DNA from: Escherichia coli
Lineage (GTDB): Bacteria > Pseudomonadota > Gammaproteobacteria > Enterobacterales > Enterobacteriaceae
Direction: 5' to 3' (one strand)
DNA length: 64,000 nt
Assembly (NCBI RefSeq): GCF_041886205.1
Contig: NZ_CP169029.1
Part shown: positions 1 to 10,213 of the stretch, piece by piece
Numbering within the stretch: the first letter of the stretch is position 1
Layout: each line of letters starts with the position of its first letter
Notes under the pieces: generated by a model
What the model saw: only the letters and a program-made list of their open reading frames with translations
What the model was told of the DNA's origin: nothing
Databases searched by the model: none
Translations under genes and position numbers: made by a program

Positions 1-782
1 AGGCTGCGCCAGTATTTAGTGGCAATCTCTTTAAACGAGACTTTCGGGCCATCCTGCAAACCTTCGCGGTCGCCCTGTTCCAGTTTATCAACATGCTGCT
101 GGAACGCCGGAGTTTCTTCCAGCGCATGGCGCAGGTAAAGCCCGATAATCCCTAACGGCAGAGCAATAAAGAACGGAATACGCCAGCCCCAGTCGAGGAA
201 GTTCGCTTCGCCGACAATGGTCGAAATTAACACCACCACGCCCGCACCCAGCACAAACCCGGCAATAGAACCGAAGTCCAGCCAGCTGCCCATAAAGCCA
301 CGTTTACGGTCAGGGGAGTATTCCGCAACAAATATCGACGCCCCGGTATATTCACCGCCGACCGAGAAACCTTGTGCCATCTTACAGATCAACAGCAGAA
401 TCGGTGCCCAAATACCAATCGTGTCGTAGGACGGTATTAAGCCAATACAGAACGTACTGATCGACATAATCACAATAGTGATAGCGAGGATCTTCTGGCG
501 ACCATATTTATCGCCCAACATACCAAAGAAGAGTCCGCCAAGCGGTCGAATCAGAAAGGGAACGGAGAAAGTGGCAAGTGCAGCAACCATCTGCACGCTG
601 GGGTCAGCCCCCGGGAAAAAAACTTTACCTAATGCGTAAGCAACAAAACCATAAACACCAAAATCGAACCATTCCATTGCATTACCCAGTGATGCTGCGG
701 TAATGGCTTTACGCAGTTTACCGTCATCAATAATGGTGACATCACGAAGGGTAATCGGTTTTACTTTTTTCCTTTTCAGCAT
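1..782 (-). CDS. proP: Proline/glycine-betaine:H+ symporter ProP, N-terminal part (gene runs off the window start)
   Basis: Hand translation of the minus strand gives MLKRKKVKPITLRDVTIIDDGKLRKAITAASLGNAMEWFDFGVYGF..., which I recognise as the ProP N-terminus (MFS). ATG is at ~782; there is no stop inside the window. Confidence 0.85.
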   Translation of the reverse strand, partial: MLKRKKVKPITLRDVTIIDDGKLRKAITAASLGNAMEWFDFGVYGFVAYALGKVFFPGADPSVQMVAALATFSVPFLIRPLGGLFFGMLGDKYGRQKILAITIVIMSISTFCIGLIPSYDTIGIWAPILLLICKMAQGFSVGGEYTGASIFVAEYSPDRKRGFMGSWLDFGSIAGFVLGAGVVVLISTIVGEANFLDWGWRIPFFIALPLGIIGLYLRHALEETPAFQQHVDKLEQGDREGLQDGPKVSFKEIATKYWRS

Positions 783-1045
783 AGCTTTCCTCGCAGAGTT
801 GGCCCATTTCCGCAAACGCCAGAAAAATCAGCGCGACGGCCGCAAAAGGGGAGCGGGAATTGCAGGATGCAATCTCTGTAACAAGCGTAGCGGGTTTGCT
901 TACACCCTCCGGTTAAGGAATGTACAATCAAACCAGTTGACGCCTGAATTGGGCAGTTAATGACCTTTTTACCCTACCAGTGTTTAAATTTGCGATCAAC
1001 TTCACACATGGATTTCGTTTAGGACTCATTGATGTAACTGATTAT

Positions 1046-1924
1046 TTACGCCAAATTTACAGAGAAGATTTCCTCGACCATTGCCCCCACCAAACGCTGC
1101 GCTGAACAGAGTCGTGGCATCCCCAGCGCGACAGTTTGCCAACGTTGGGTCACTGACCAGCAAACGGGTTGTTTATCTGCCGTGGTCCACTTTCCCAGCC
1201 AACTTAAAAAATCAGCATGATCCCCGCCCGTCGGAACGGTCGAAGAGGCAAACCACTGATGGTAATAGTGACGCGTGGTCGGGGCCGCATTGATACTCTC
1301 TGCCAGATGTTGTGTCGCTTTCACGCGCAAATCACCCAGCAACAACGCCACCGCTTGCGGGCTTCCCAGACGACAGGCATCGCCAAATGCCCCCCAACGC
1401 AACTCTTCGAGAACGATAAAACAGCGCCCAGGCAACGACCAGGCGTTATACGCCCCAGCACGCCAGCGGGTAAAAATTTGCTCGCTCTGTTCACCCGCCT
1501 GCACCAGTAGGCCTCGTTGCGTTAATGCCTTTTCCTTCCAGCGACAACGGGCTGAAAACCACTCATACAAGGCGGCAATTTGCTGGGGGAGCTCCGGGAA
1601 AGCAGAGTGCTGGCGGTGATCCATTTTTTGCAGCAGCGCCAGATGCTGCGCGATCTGCGTCAGTGCCAGATGACCGGGATCCAGCATCGACGCCAGTTTT
1701 TCCACCAATGTCAGACGCAGGCTAAGCGGCGCATTTAACATGCCGCCGTTCGTCCATGTCTGAAGCTGCACGCGCGCAAGAAGTTCCTGCATCAGTCGTT
1801 CACGAAACTGCTGCTGATGGGCTTGTGGAAGGCGGGCATCATCGCCCTGCGCCAGATCCACTAAAAAGCGGGGATAAACCGACTCCAGCACGCGACCGGG
1901 GCCGTCAAGTAACGTCTTGGTCAA
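1046..1924 (-). CDS. yjcZ: YjcZ family protein (292 aa)
   Basis: 292-aa ORF, 4-nt overlap with downstream crfC; position between proP and crfC matches the E. coli yjcZ-crfC arrangement. Confidence 0.8.
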   Translation of the reverse strand: MTKTLLDGPGRVLESVYPRFLVDLAQGDDARLPQAHQQQFRERLMQELLARVQLQTWTNGGMLNAPLSLRLTLVEKLASMLDPGHLALTQIAQHLALLQKMDHRQHSAFPELPQQIAALYEWFSARCRWKEKALTQRGLLVQAGEQSEQIFTRWRAGAYNAWSLPGRCFIVLEELRWGAFGDACRLGSPQAVALLLGDLRVKATQHLAESINAAPTTRHYYHQWFASSTVPTGGDHADFLSWLGKWTTADKQPVCWSVTQRWQTVALGMPRLCSAQRLVGAMVEEIFSVNLA

Positions 1925-4149
1925 TATCGTTCTGCCGTGAAAAGTGTTTGAATATCATCGCGTAACAGCTGGGCGTCGGTGTAAATCCAGCCGTGAGTCA
2001 TCACAGTCTGCTGCAATTGCTGCTGCATCAGCCTGACCACCGATTCATTTTGTTGACGCAGAGCCAGACTTTCGCGTAAACGCGTCTGTAATTCCGTCAA
2101 ACATGAAGCGAACTCAGCGAAAAAAGTATTCATGCCTGCCGTAACAGATTCATCGACCTGCTCTGCCAGAACTTTAGCCATTTGTTGGCAATAAAGATCG
2201 ACTTCTGCGCTTAATGCTCGTTGCAACACACTGTAATCAACCGTTTCTGTCGGGGATTTCTCATTTCCCCGTCCCCAGTCAGGCTGATTCAACCAGCGCG
2301 AAAAAGTCTCACGCACAACGCCTAATCGCGTGCTCTGCTCGTCCGTTGCTTCCTGGCGCGAAATGACTTCACTGAACAGCTGGCGAGTGTTGAAGTGGGG
2401 AACTACGCCGTGAAAAACAGGAAAATGAAACCCAGGACGAAACCCTGACTCGCTCAATTCCATTTTGACTTGTTGCTCAATGGGGCGAATAACATCGGTT
2501 AACACCCGGCAAAGGGTGGATTCAAGCTCGGCAAAACGCAGCGTAAAGTCGCGACTGATGGTGTTCTGCGCCGTCTGTAACAGTGTCTCACAGCGGGTAC
2601 GAATCTCGCTTAACGGCTCCGAATCATCCTGAAACAAGGCGGCTAACTGCGCATTCAGCGCATCTTGTTGTTGACGCAGAAAGTGGTTGGCGGAGGTCAG
2701 GGCCAGCTCGATTTCATGTTTAATCTCGCCGCTCACCTGCGCCTGATTGAGTTGCAATAGCTGCAAACTTTCTTCGACCTGATGGATATTTTGCCGCAAT
2801 TGTTCACAAGCGACGTTTAACCCGTGCGCACGAAAATCCAGGTATTCCCGCGCCTGCTGCGCGTAATTCAACAGTTTATGCGCAGCAGATCGCAGAGCAT
2901 ACAACGAGGCGTTAGCGTAAGCGGCATGAAGCAACGCCTGAATTGGCTGGGCGAACAGCGAATCTTCCCACAACTGATCGGCAGCATGACGAATATGTTC
3001 GAGGTCCGCCAGATCGGCATGACGCCAGCGCCTGCCGAGCGCGGCATGGGCAAAATCTTCCACCCAGCGTTGTTGCTCTGGCGCGGGTAACTTACCGTTG
3101 TTGGCTAACTCATGGCGCGCCCGATTCGCCAGGTAGCCCCACATCGACGACACCGGAAATATCTGCTGTGGCGTAATACAGCCTTTCATCAGCGTCCCGG
3201 AAATCAGTGCCCGCACCTGGTCGGCGTCGTCACTGTTACGATCCTGTTGATCGAACTTATTGACCAGCACATACAGCGGCACCGATTGCCCCACCGCCAA
3301 AATCGCCTCACGGACCTCTTCATCGGAGATCGATTTCAGTTGCGTATAATCCAGCACCGCCAGTACCGCCGAGGCGCGTGCCAGCTGCTGGTTAAGCATT
3401 TTTTGCAGATGCGGTTGCCCGGCTTCATTTGGCCCGGGGGTATCCAGTAGCGTCAACTGACCGGGATAACTCTCCAGCCCCGCCAGATGGACAAACTCCA
3501 CTTCAATCACGGGAATATGCTCAATGACGGCGTAAGCAGAAAAAGGAAAATCGACGTCCAGCGCCTTCGCCAGTCGCACTAAATCATTCAAACTTTTCAG
3601 ACAATGAAAAATAGGCTGGGCACCCAGATAATATTTTTCGAAAGCGACGCCATTTTCGATCCGCTGCATAAGCGCACGCATATCTTTATCTATTTCCAGC
3701 ACATCGGTCAGATGCTTAATATCGCAATCACGCAGGCGCTGTTGTAATTGTTGAATTAAACGGTCGATTGGCGCGACATGTGAAAAATGCAGTACCGGTT
3801 CTTTTTGCCCGGGCGTATGGCGAATAAGCGTCGGCAGCGCAGTCATTGGGCGATTACGATTAGGCAGAACCTCCGTACCAACAATGGCATTAATGGTGGT
3901 TGATTTCCCTGCTTTCATGGTACCGACAATTGCAAGCACCATTTCCAGTCGGGAAATTTTACGCAACTCATTATTCAGCATCGCGTGACGTTCGGCGATA
4001 TTAGGCTGACTCCAGGGTAAAGCCAGTTGTGGCGCGTCGTCTCCGGGTACAGAGAGAGACATTTTTTCCAGTAACTGCAACTGTTGGCGAGAAAGCTGTA
4101 ACAGGCGTTCAGCCTCCTGACTTAACTCATACAGGGTCTGTGTGTACAT
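1921..4149 (-). CDS. crfC: Dynamin-like GTPase CrfC (YjdA), 742 aa
   Basis: 742-aa ORF with a GTPase P-loop (GTMKAGKSTT) and long coiled-coil-like C-terminal region; divergent from phnA. Confidence 0.85.
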   Translation of the reverse strand: MYTQTLYELSQEAERLLQLSRQQLQLLEKMSLSVPGDDAPQLALPWSQPNIAERHAMLNNELRKISRLEMVLAIVGTMKAGKSTTINAIVGTEVLPNRNRPMTALPTLIRHTPGQKEPVLHFSHVAPIDRLIQQLQQRLRDCDIKHLTDVLEIDKDMRALMQRIENGVAFEKYYLGAQPIFHCLKSLNDLVRLAKALDVDFPFSAYAVIEHIPVIEVEFVHLAGLESYPGQLTLLDTPGPNEAGQPHLQKMLNQQLARASAVLAVLDYTQLKSISDEEVREAILAVGQSVPLYVLVNKFDQQDRNSDDADQVRALISGTLMKGCITPQQIFPVSSMWGYLANRARHELANNGKLPAPEQQRWVEDFAHAALGRRWRHADLADLEHIRHAADQLWEDSLFAQPIQALLHAAYANASLYALRSAAHKLLNYAQQAREYLDFRAHGLNVACEQLRQNIHQVEESLQLLQLNQAQVSGEIKHEIELALTSANHFLRQQQDALNAQLAALFQDDSEPLSEIRTRCETLLQTAQNTISRDFTLRFAELESTLCRVLTDVIRPIEQQVKMELSESGFRPGFHFPVFHGVVPHFNTRQLFSEVISRQEATDEQSTRLGVVRETFSRWLNQPDWGRGNEKSPTETVDYSVLQRALSAEVDLYCQQMAKVLAEQVDESVTAGMNTFFAEFASCLTELQTRLRESLALRQQNESVVRLMQQQLQQTVMTHGWIYTDAQLLRDDIQTLFTAERY

Positions 4150-4472
4150 AGAAAATTCTTCCTTAAAGCAAATTTTGTTATTTTATTTAGCCAGATTGTT
4201 TTTGAGTTCTGTTTTCGGCTTTTATAATTACTGCAAGAAATAATTTTATATTTAGTGTGTTGTTTTTTATCAGAATAAATAACGTCTTCTGATACGTTTA
4301 AAACGTCAGAAAGATAAAAATATCATGTGAATTAAAAAAAGAACAAGTAGAGCATTAACATTATCTTAAATAATAAATAGAGGCAAAAAGATTATTTTCT
4401 TTTTGCGTTTCCTTTCAAATGAAAACGATCGTCGTCTAAAATCAGCAGTACCCCCGACAAACTCAGGGATTT

Positions 4473-4482
4473 TGTGTATAAT
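4473..4482 (+). promoter_or_regulatory. Candidate sigma70 extended -10 (TGTGTATAAT) upstream of phnA
   Basis: Near-consensus TGnTATAAT about 70 nt upstream of the phnA ATG, in an AT-rich divergent intergenic region. Confidence 0.35.
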
Positions 4483-4549
4483 TGCGGCCTTTTTCGGCAA
4501 TCTGCCGTTTTTTGGCGCTTTTGCCCTGCTGACTTTTGAGGAAATCCAC

Positions 4550-4885
4550 ATGTCATTACCACACTGCCCAAAATGCAACTCCGAATACACCTACGAAGAT
4601 AACGGCATGTACATCTGCCCGGAATGTGCCTACGAATGGAACGACGCAGAACCTGCACAGGAAAGCGACGAGCTGATCGTTAAAGATGCTAACGGCAATC
4701 TGCTGGCTGACGGCGACAGCGTTACCATCATTAAAGATCTGAAGGTGAAAGGTAGCTCTTCGATGCTGAAAATTGGCACCAAAGTGAAAAACATCCGCCT
4801 GGTTGAAGGCGACCATAACATCGATTGCAAAATCGACGGTTTTGGTCCGATGAAACTGAAATCTGAGTTTGTGAAAAAGAACTGA
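4550..4885 (+). CDS. phnA: Phosphonoacetate hydrolase-family zinc-ribbon protein PhnA (111 aa)
   Basis: [32 protein letters not shown]... with CxxC...CxxC zinc ribbon. The tracked ORF 4403-4885 is an upstream extension; the real start is taken as the internal ATG at 4550. Confidence 0.85.
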
Positions 4886-4899
4886 TTGTATTGTGATCG

Positions 4900-5080
<181 letters not shown>

Positions 5081-5142
5081 CCTCTCATCTGTATAAATTT
5101 CGAACTACACTTAACTGGCTTCTCTTAACTGAGGTCACCATC

Positions 5143-5586
5143 ATGCCGTTAAGTCCCTACCTCTCTTTTGCCGGTAACTGTTCCGACGCGATTGCCTATT
5201 ATCAACGTACGTTGGGCGCGGAACTGCTCTATAAAATCAGCTTCGGCGAAATGCCAAAATCAGCGCAGGACAGCGCCGAGAACTGCCCTTCCGGAATGCA
5301 ATTTCCCGATACCGCCATCGCTCATGCCAACGTGCGCATTGCCGGAAGCGACATCATGATGAGCGATGCCATGCCGTCAGGAAAAGCCAGCTACTCCGGC
5401 TTTACGCTGGTGCTCGATTCGCAACAGGTCGAAGAAGGAAAACGCTGGTTTGACAATCTTGCCGCTAACGGAAAAATCGAAATGGCCTGGCAGGAAACTT
5501 TCTGGGCGCATGGCTTTGGCAAAGTCACCGATAAATTTGGCGTACCGTGGATGATTAATGTCGTTAAACAACAACCAACGCAATAA
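5143..5586 (+). CDS. phnB: PhnB (glyoxalase/bleomycin-resistance fold), 147 aa
   Basis: 147-aa ORF between phnA and phnC; sequence matches remembered PhnB. Confidence 0.85.
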   Translation: MPLSPYLSFAGNCSDAIAYYQRTLGAELLYKISFGEMPKSAQDSAENCPSGMQFPDTAIAHANVRIAGSDIMMSDAMPSGKASYSGFTLVLDSQQVEEGKRWFDNLAANGKIEMAWQETFWAHGFGKVTDKFGVPWMINVVKQQPTQ

Positions 5587-5611
5587 CCCGCCGGGAGGCC
5601 CGCCCTCCCGC

Positions 5612-5660
5612 ACTGTCATCGAATTCCCGTTAACTCTTCATCTGTTAGTCACTTTTAATT
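5612..5660 (+). promoter_or_regulatory. Candidate Pho box / phnC promoter region
   Basis: CTGTCAT-type heptamers (CTGTCATCG ... CTGTTAGTCAC) 60-100 nt upstream of the phnC ATG; the phn operon is a known PhoB regulon member. Exact site boundaries not verified. Confidence 0.4.
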
Positions 5661-5718
5661 AACCAAATCGTCACAATAATCCGCCACGATGGAGCCACTT
5701 TTTTAGGGAGGCTGCATC

Positions 5719-6507
5719 ATGCAAACGATTATCCGTGTCGAGAAGCTCGCCAAAACCTTCAATCAGCATCAGGCGCTGCATGCGGTTGATCTGAACATTC
5801 ATCACGGTGAAATGGTGGCTCTGCTTGGGCCGTCGGGTTCCGGCAAATCCACCCTTTTACGTCACTTAAGCGGTTTGATTACCGGCGATAAATCCGCCGG
5901 CAGCCATATCGAGCTGCTGGGCCGCACAGTCCAGCGCGAAGGCCGTCTGGCGCGCGATATCCGCAAAAGCCGCGCCAACACCGGCTACATCTTCCAACAA
6001 TTCAACCTGGTGAACCGCCTGAGCGTACTGGAGAACGTGCTGATTGGCGCGCTCGGCAGCACGCCGTTCTGGCGCACCTGTTTTAGCTGGTTTACCCGCG
6101 AGCAGAAACAACGCGCGTTACAGGCGCTGACCCGCGTTGGCATGGTGCATTTTGCCCATCAACGCGTTTCCACCCTCTCCGGCGGACAGCAGCAGCGTGT
6201 GGCGATTGCCCGCGCGCTGATGCAGCAGGCGAAGGTGATTCTGGCCGATGAACCCATCGCCTCGCTGGACCCGGAATCCGCCCGCATCGTGATGGACACC
6301 CTGCGCGACATCAATCAGAACGACGGCATCACCGTGGTCGTCACGCTGCATCAGGTGGATTACGCCCTGCGCTACTGCGAACGCATCGTCGCCCTGCGCC
6401 AGGGGCACGTTTTCTACGACGGCAGCAGCCAACAGTTTGATAACGAACGTTTTGACCATCTCTACCGCAGCATTAATCGCATCGAAGAGAACGCGAAAGC
6501 TGCCTGA
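5719..6507 (+). CDS. phnC: Phosphonate ABC transporter ATP-binding protein
   Basis: Walker [13 protein letters not shown] signature LSGGQQQR, Walker B ILADEP. Confidence 0.9.
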   Translation: MQTIIRVEKLAKTFNQHQALHAVDLNIHHGEMVALLGPSGSGKSTLLRHLSGLITGDKSAGSHIELLGRTVQREGRLARDIRKSRANTGYIFQQFNLVNRLSVLENVLIGALGSTPFWRTCFSWFTREQKQRALQALTRVGMVHFAHQRVSTLSGGQQQRVAIARALMQQAKVILADEPIASLDPESARIVMDTLRDINQNDGITVVVTLHQVDYALRYCERIVALRQGHVFYDGSSQQFDNERFDHLYRSINRIEENAKAA

Positions 6508-6531
6508 CATCCCCATCATTGAGGAAAACGA

Positions 6532-7548
6532 ATGAACGCTAAGATAATTGCCTCGCTGGCCTTCACCAGCATGTTCAGCCTCAGCACCCTGTTAAGCCCG
6601 GCACACGCCGAAGAGCAGGAAAAGGCGCTGAATTTCGGCATTATTTCAACGGAATCACAGCAAAACCTGAAACCGCAATGGACGCCATTCTTACAGGATA
6701 TGGAGAAGAAGCTGGGCGTGAAGGTGAACGCCTTCTTTGCCCCAGACTACGCAGGCATTATCCAGGGAATGCGCTTCAATAAAGTGGATATCGCCTGGTA
6801 CGGCAACCTGTCGGCAATGGAAGCGGTGGATCGCGCCAACGGCCAGGTCTTCGCTCAGACCGTCGCGGCGGACGGATCGCCGGGTTACTGGAGCGTGTTG
6901 ATCGTCAACAAAGATAGTCCGATCAACAACCTGAACGATCTGCTGGCGAAGCGGAAAGATCTCACCTTCGGCAATGGCGATCCTAACTCCACCTCTGGCT
7001 TCCTCGTCCCCGGTTACTACGTCTTTGCCAAAAACAATATCTCCGCCAGCGACTTCAAGCGCACCGTCAACGCCGGGCATGAAACCAACGCGCTGGCCGT
7101 CGCCAACAAGCAGGTGGATGTTGCCACCAACAACACCGAAAACCTCGACAAGCTGAAAACCTCCGCGCCAGAGAAGCTGAAAGAACTGAAGGTGATCTGG
7201 AAGTCGCCGCTGATCCCAGGCGATCCGATCGTCTGGCGCAAGAATCTTTCCGAAACCACCAAAGACAAGATCTACGACTTCTTTATGAACTACGGCAAAA
7301 CGCCGGAAGAAAAAGCGGTGCTGGAACGCCTGGGCTGGGCGCCATTCCGCGCTTCCAGCGACCTGCAACTGGTGCCGATTCGCCAGCTCGCGCTGTTTAA
7401 AGAGATGCAGGGCGTGAAAAGCAATAAAGGACTGAATGAGCAGGACAAGCTGGCAAAAACCACCGAGATTCAGGCGCAGCTGGATGACCTGGACCGCCTG
7501 AACAACGCGCTAAGCGCGATGAGTTCGGTGAGTAAAGCGGTGCAGTAA
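6532..7548 (+). CDS. phnD: Phosphonate ABC transporter periplasmic binding protein
   Basis: 338 aa with N-terminal signal peptide (…LLSPAHA/EEQ); directly follows phnC. Confidence 0.9.
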   Translation: MNAKIIASLAFTSMFSLSTLLSPAHAEEQEKALNFGIISTESQQNLKPQWTPFLQDMEKKLGVKVNAFFAPDYAGIIQGMRFNKVDIAWYGNLSAMEAVDRANGQVFAQTVAADGSPGYWSVLIVNKDSPINNLNDLLAKRKDLTFGNGDPNSTSGFLVPGYYVFAKNNISASDFKRTVNAGHETNALAVANKQVDVATNNTENLDKLKTSAPEKLKELKVIWKSPLIPGDPIVWRKNLSETTKDKIYDFFMNYGKTPEEKAVLERLGWAPFRASSDLQLVPIRQLALFKEMQGVKSNKGLNEQDKLAKTTEIQAQLDDLDRLNNALSAMSSVSKAVQ

Positions 7549-7552
7549 ATCG

Positions 7553-7645
7553 TAGGTCGGATAAGACGCCCCGGCGTCGCATCCGACAATGTGCAGGCGT
7601 TGATGCCGGATGCGGTGCAAGCACCTTATCCGGCCTACAGACCGG
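7553..7645. repeat. REP/BIME element
   Basis: GTAGGTCGGATAAGACGC...GCATCCGACA and GCCGGATGCGG...CTTATCCGGCCTAC palindromes between phnD and phnE. Confidence 0.85.
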
Positions 7646-7653
7646 AGCCAAAC

Positions 7654-8433
7654 ATGCAAACCATCACCATCGCCCCACCCAAGCGCAGCTGGTTCTCGCT
7701 TCTGAGCTGGGCCGTTGTTCTCGCCGTGCTGGTCGTCTCGTGGCAGGGCGCGGAAATGGCCCCGCTCACGCTGATTAAAGACGGCGGCAACATGGCAACC
7801 TTCGCTGCCGACTTCTTCCCGCCCGATTTCAGCCAGTGGCAGGATTACCTCACCGAAATGGCCGTCACGCTGCAAATCGCCGTCTGGGGCACCGCGCTGG
7901 CGGTGGTTCTCTCCATCCCCTTTGGCCTGATGAGCGCCGAAAACCTGGTGCCGTGGTGGGTTTACCAGCCCGTTCGCCGCCTGATGGACGCCTGCCGCGC
8001 CATTAACGAAATGGTCTTCGCCATGCTGTTCGTGGTCGCCGTCGGTCTCGGACCGTTCGCTGGCGTGCTGGCGCTATTTATCCACACCACCGGCGTGCTC
8101 TCCAAGCTGCTTTCCGAAGCGGTAGAAGCAATTGAACCTGGCCCGGTGGAAGGCATTCGCGCCACCGGTGCCAACAAGCTCGAAGAGATCCTCTACGGCG
8201 TGCTGCCACAGGTGATGCCACTGCTGATCTCCTACTCCCTCTATCGCTTCGAATCCAACGTCCGCTCGGCGACCGTCGTCGGCATGGTCGGCGCAGGCGG
8301 GATCGGCGTCACCCTGTGGGAAGCGATTCGCGGTTTCCAGTTCCAACAAACCTGCGCCCTGATGGTGCTTATCATCGTCACGGTCAGCCTGCTGGATTTC
8401 CTCTCTCAACGGTTGCGTAAGCACTTTATCTGA
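7654..8433 (+). CDS. phnE: Phosphonate ABC transporter permease (intact frame, 259 aa)
   Basis: Start taken at [10 protein letters not shown], downstream of the REP. Multi-pass hydrophobic protein with a single uninterrupted reading frame. Confidence 0.85.
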
Positions 8434-8453
8434 TAAGCGAGGCATTGATATCT

Positions 8454-9179
8454 ATGCACTTGTCTACACATCCGACCAGCTACCCAACACGCTATCAAGA
8501 GATAGCCGCAAAACTTGAGCAGGAGCTTCGTCAACACTACCGCTGCGGCGACTATCTTCCCGCCGAGCAGCAACTGGCAGCGCGCTTTGAGGTGAATCGC
8601 CACACCCTGCGCCGCGCCATCGACCAACTGGTGGAAAAAGGCTGGGTACAGCGCCGTCAGGGCGTCGGCGTGCTGGTGCTGATGCGCCCGTTCGATTACC
8701 CGCTCAACGCCCAGGCGCGTTTTAGCCAGAATCTGCTGGATCAGGGCAGCCATCCCACCAGCGAAAAACTGCTTTCGGTATTGCGCCCCGCGTCCGGCCA
8801 CGTCGCTGACGCACTGGGGATTACCGAGGGGGAGAACGTCATCCACCTGCGCACCCTGCGTCGTGTCAACGGCGTCGCGCTCTGTTTAATCGACCACTAC
8901 TTCGCGGACCTCACCCTCTGGCCGACGCTGCAACGCTTCGACAGCGGCTCGCTGCACGATTTTCTGCGCGAGCAAACCGGAATTGCGCTGCGCCGCAGCC
9001 AGACGCGGATCAGCGCCCGCCGCGCCCAGGCCAAAGAGTGCCAGCGTCTTGAAATCCCGAATATGTCGCCGCTGCTGTGCGTGCGCACCCTTAACCACCG
9101 TGACGGTGAAAGCAGCCCGGCGGAGTACTCCGTCAGCCTGACGCGCGCCGACATGATTGAATTCACTATGGAGCACTGA
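8454..9179 (+). CDS. phnF: GntR-family transcriptional regulator PhnF
   Basis: N-terminal HTH region (YLPAEQQLAARFEVNRHTLRRAIDQL) plus UTRA-like C-terminus; start could be 8445 or 8454. Confidence 0.85.
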   Translation: MHLSTHPTSYPTRYQEIAAKLEQELRQHYRCGDYLPAEQQLAARFEVNRHTLRRAIDQLVEKGWVQRRQGVGVLVLMRPFDYPLNAQARFSQNLLDQGSHPTSEKLLSVLRPASGHVADALGITEGENVIHLRTLRRVNGVALCLIDHYFADLTLWPTLQRFDSGSLHDFLREQTGIALRRSQTRISARRAQAKECQRLEIPNMSPLLCVRTLNHRDGESSPAEYSVSLTRADMIEFTMEH

Positions 9180-9632
9180 ATGCACGCAGATACCGCGACC
9201 CGCCAGCACTGGATGTCCGTGCTGGCGCACAGCCAACCGGCTGAACTGGCAGCACGCCTGAACGCGCTAAACATCACCGCCGACTATGAGGTGATCCGCG
9301 CCGCTGAAACTGGCCTGGTACAGATTCAGGCGCGGATGGGCGGCACCGGCGAACGTTTTTTTGCCGGCGACGCCACGCTGACCCGCGCCGCCGTGCGCCT
9401 GACTGACGGCACGCTCGGCTACAGCTGGGTGCAGGGGCGTGATAAACAGCACGCCGAACGCTGCGCGCTGATTGACGCGCTGATGCAGCAATCTCGCCAC
9501 TTTCAAAACTTATCAGAAACCCTTATTGCCCCGCTGGACGCTGACCGTATGGCACGCATTGCCGCACGCCAGGCCGAAGTGAACGCCAGCCGGGTCGACT
9601 TCTTTACGATGGTTCGCGGAGACAACGCATGA
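9180..9632 (+). CDS. phnG: C-P lyase core complex subunit PhnG
   Basis: 150 aa; TGA/ATG overlap with phnF; operon position. Confidence 0.9.
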
Positions 9633-10213
9633 CCCTGGAAACCGCTTTTATGCTTCCCGTGCAGGATGCCCAGCACAGTTTTCGTCGCCTGTTAAAGGCC
9701 ATGAGCGAGCCGGGCGTGATTGTCGCCCTGCATCAGCTCAAACGCGGCTGGCAACCGCTGAATATCGCCACCACCAGCGTGCTGCTGACGCTGGCCGATA
9801 ACGACACGCCGGTGTGGCTTTCTACCCCATTAAATAACGATATCGTCAACCAGAGCCTGCGTTTTCATACCAACGCGCCGCTGGTCAGCCAGCCGGAACA
9901 GGCGACCTTCGCGGTGACGGATGAGGCGATTTCCAGCGAACAGCTCAACGCCCTTTCCACCGGCACCGCCGTTGCGCCGGAAGCGGGTGCGACGCTGATT
10001 TTACAGGTCGCCAGCCTGAGCGGCGGACGCATGTTGCGCCTTACTGGTGCGGGTATTGCCGAAGAACGAATGATCGCTCCGCAGCTGCCGGAGTGCATTC
10101 TGCACGAACTCACCGAGCGCCCGCATCCGTTCCCGCTCGGCATCGACCTGATCCTGACCTGTGGCGAGCGCCTGCTGGCTATTCCGCGAACCACTCATGT
10201 GGAGGTGTGCTGA
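9629..10213 (+). CDS. phnH: C-P lyase core complex subunit PhnH
   Basis: 194 aa; 4-nt overlap with phnG. Confidence 0.9.

Noticed and set aside
4403-4549. N-terminal extension of phnA (tracked 160-aa ORF)
   Set aside because: The extension covers the AT-rich promoter region including a near-consensus extended -10; the conserved PhnA sequence starts at the internal ATG at 4550.
6118-7368. Minus-strand ORFs of 133 and 225 aa
   Set aside because: Antisense to phnC and phnD; no motifs; the plus-strand genes are well supported.
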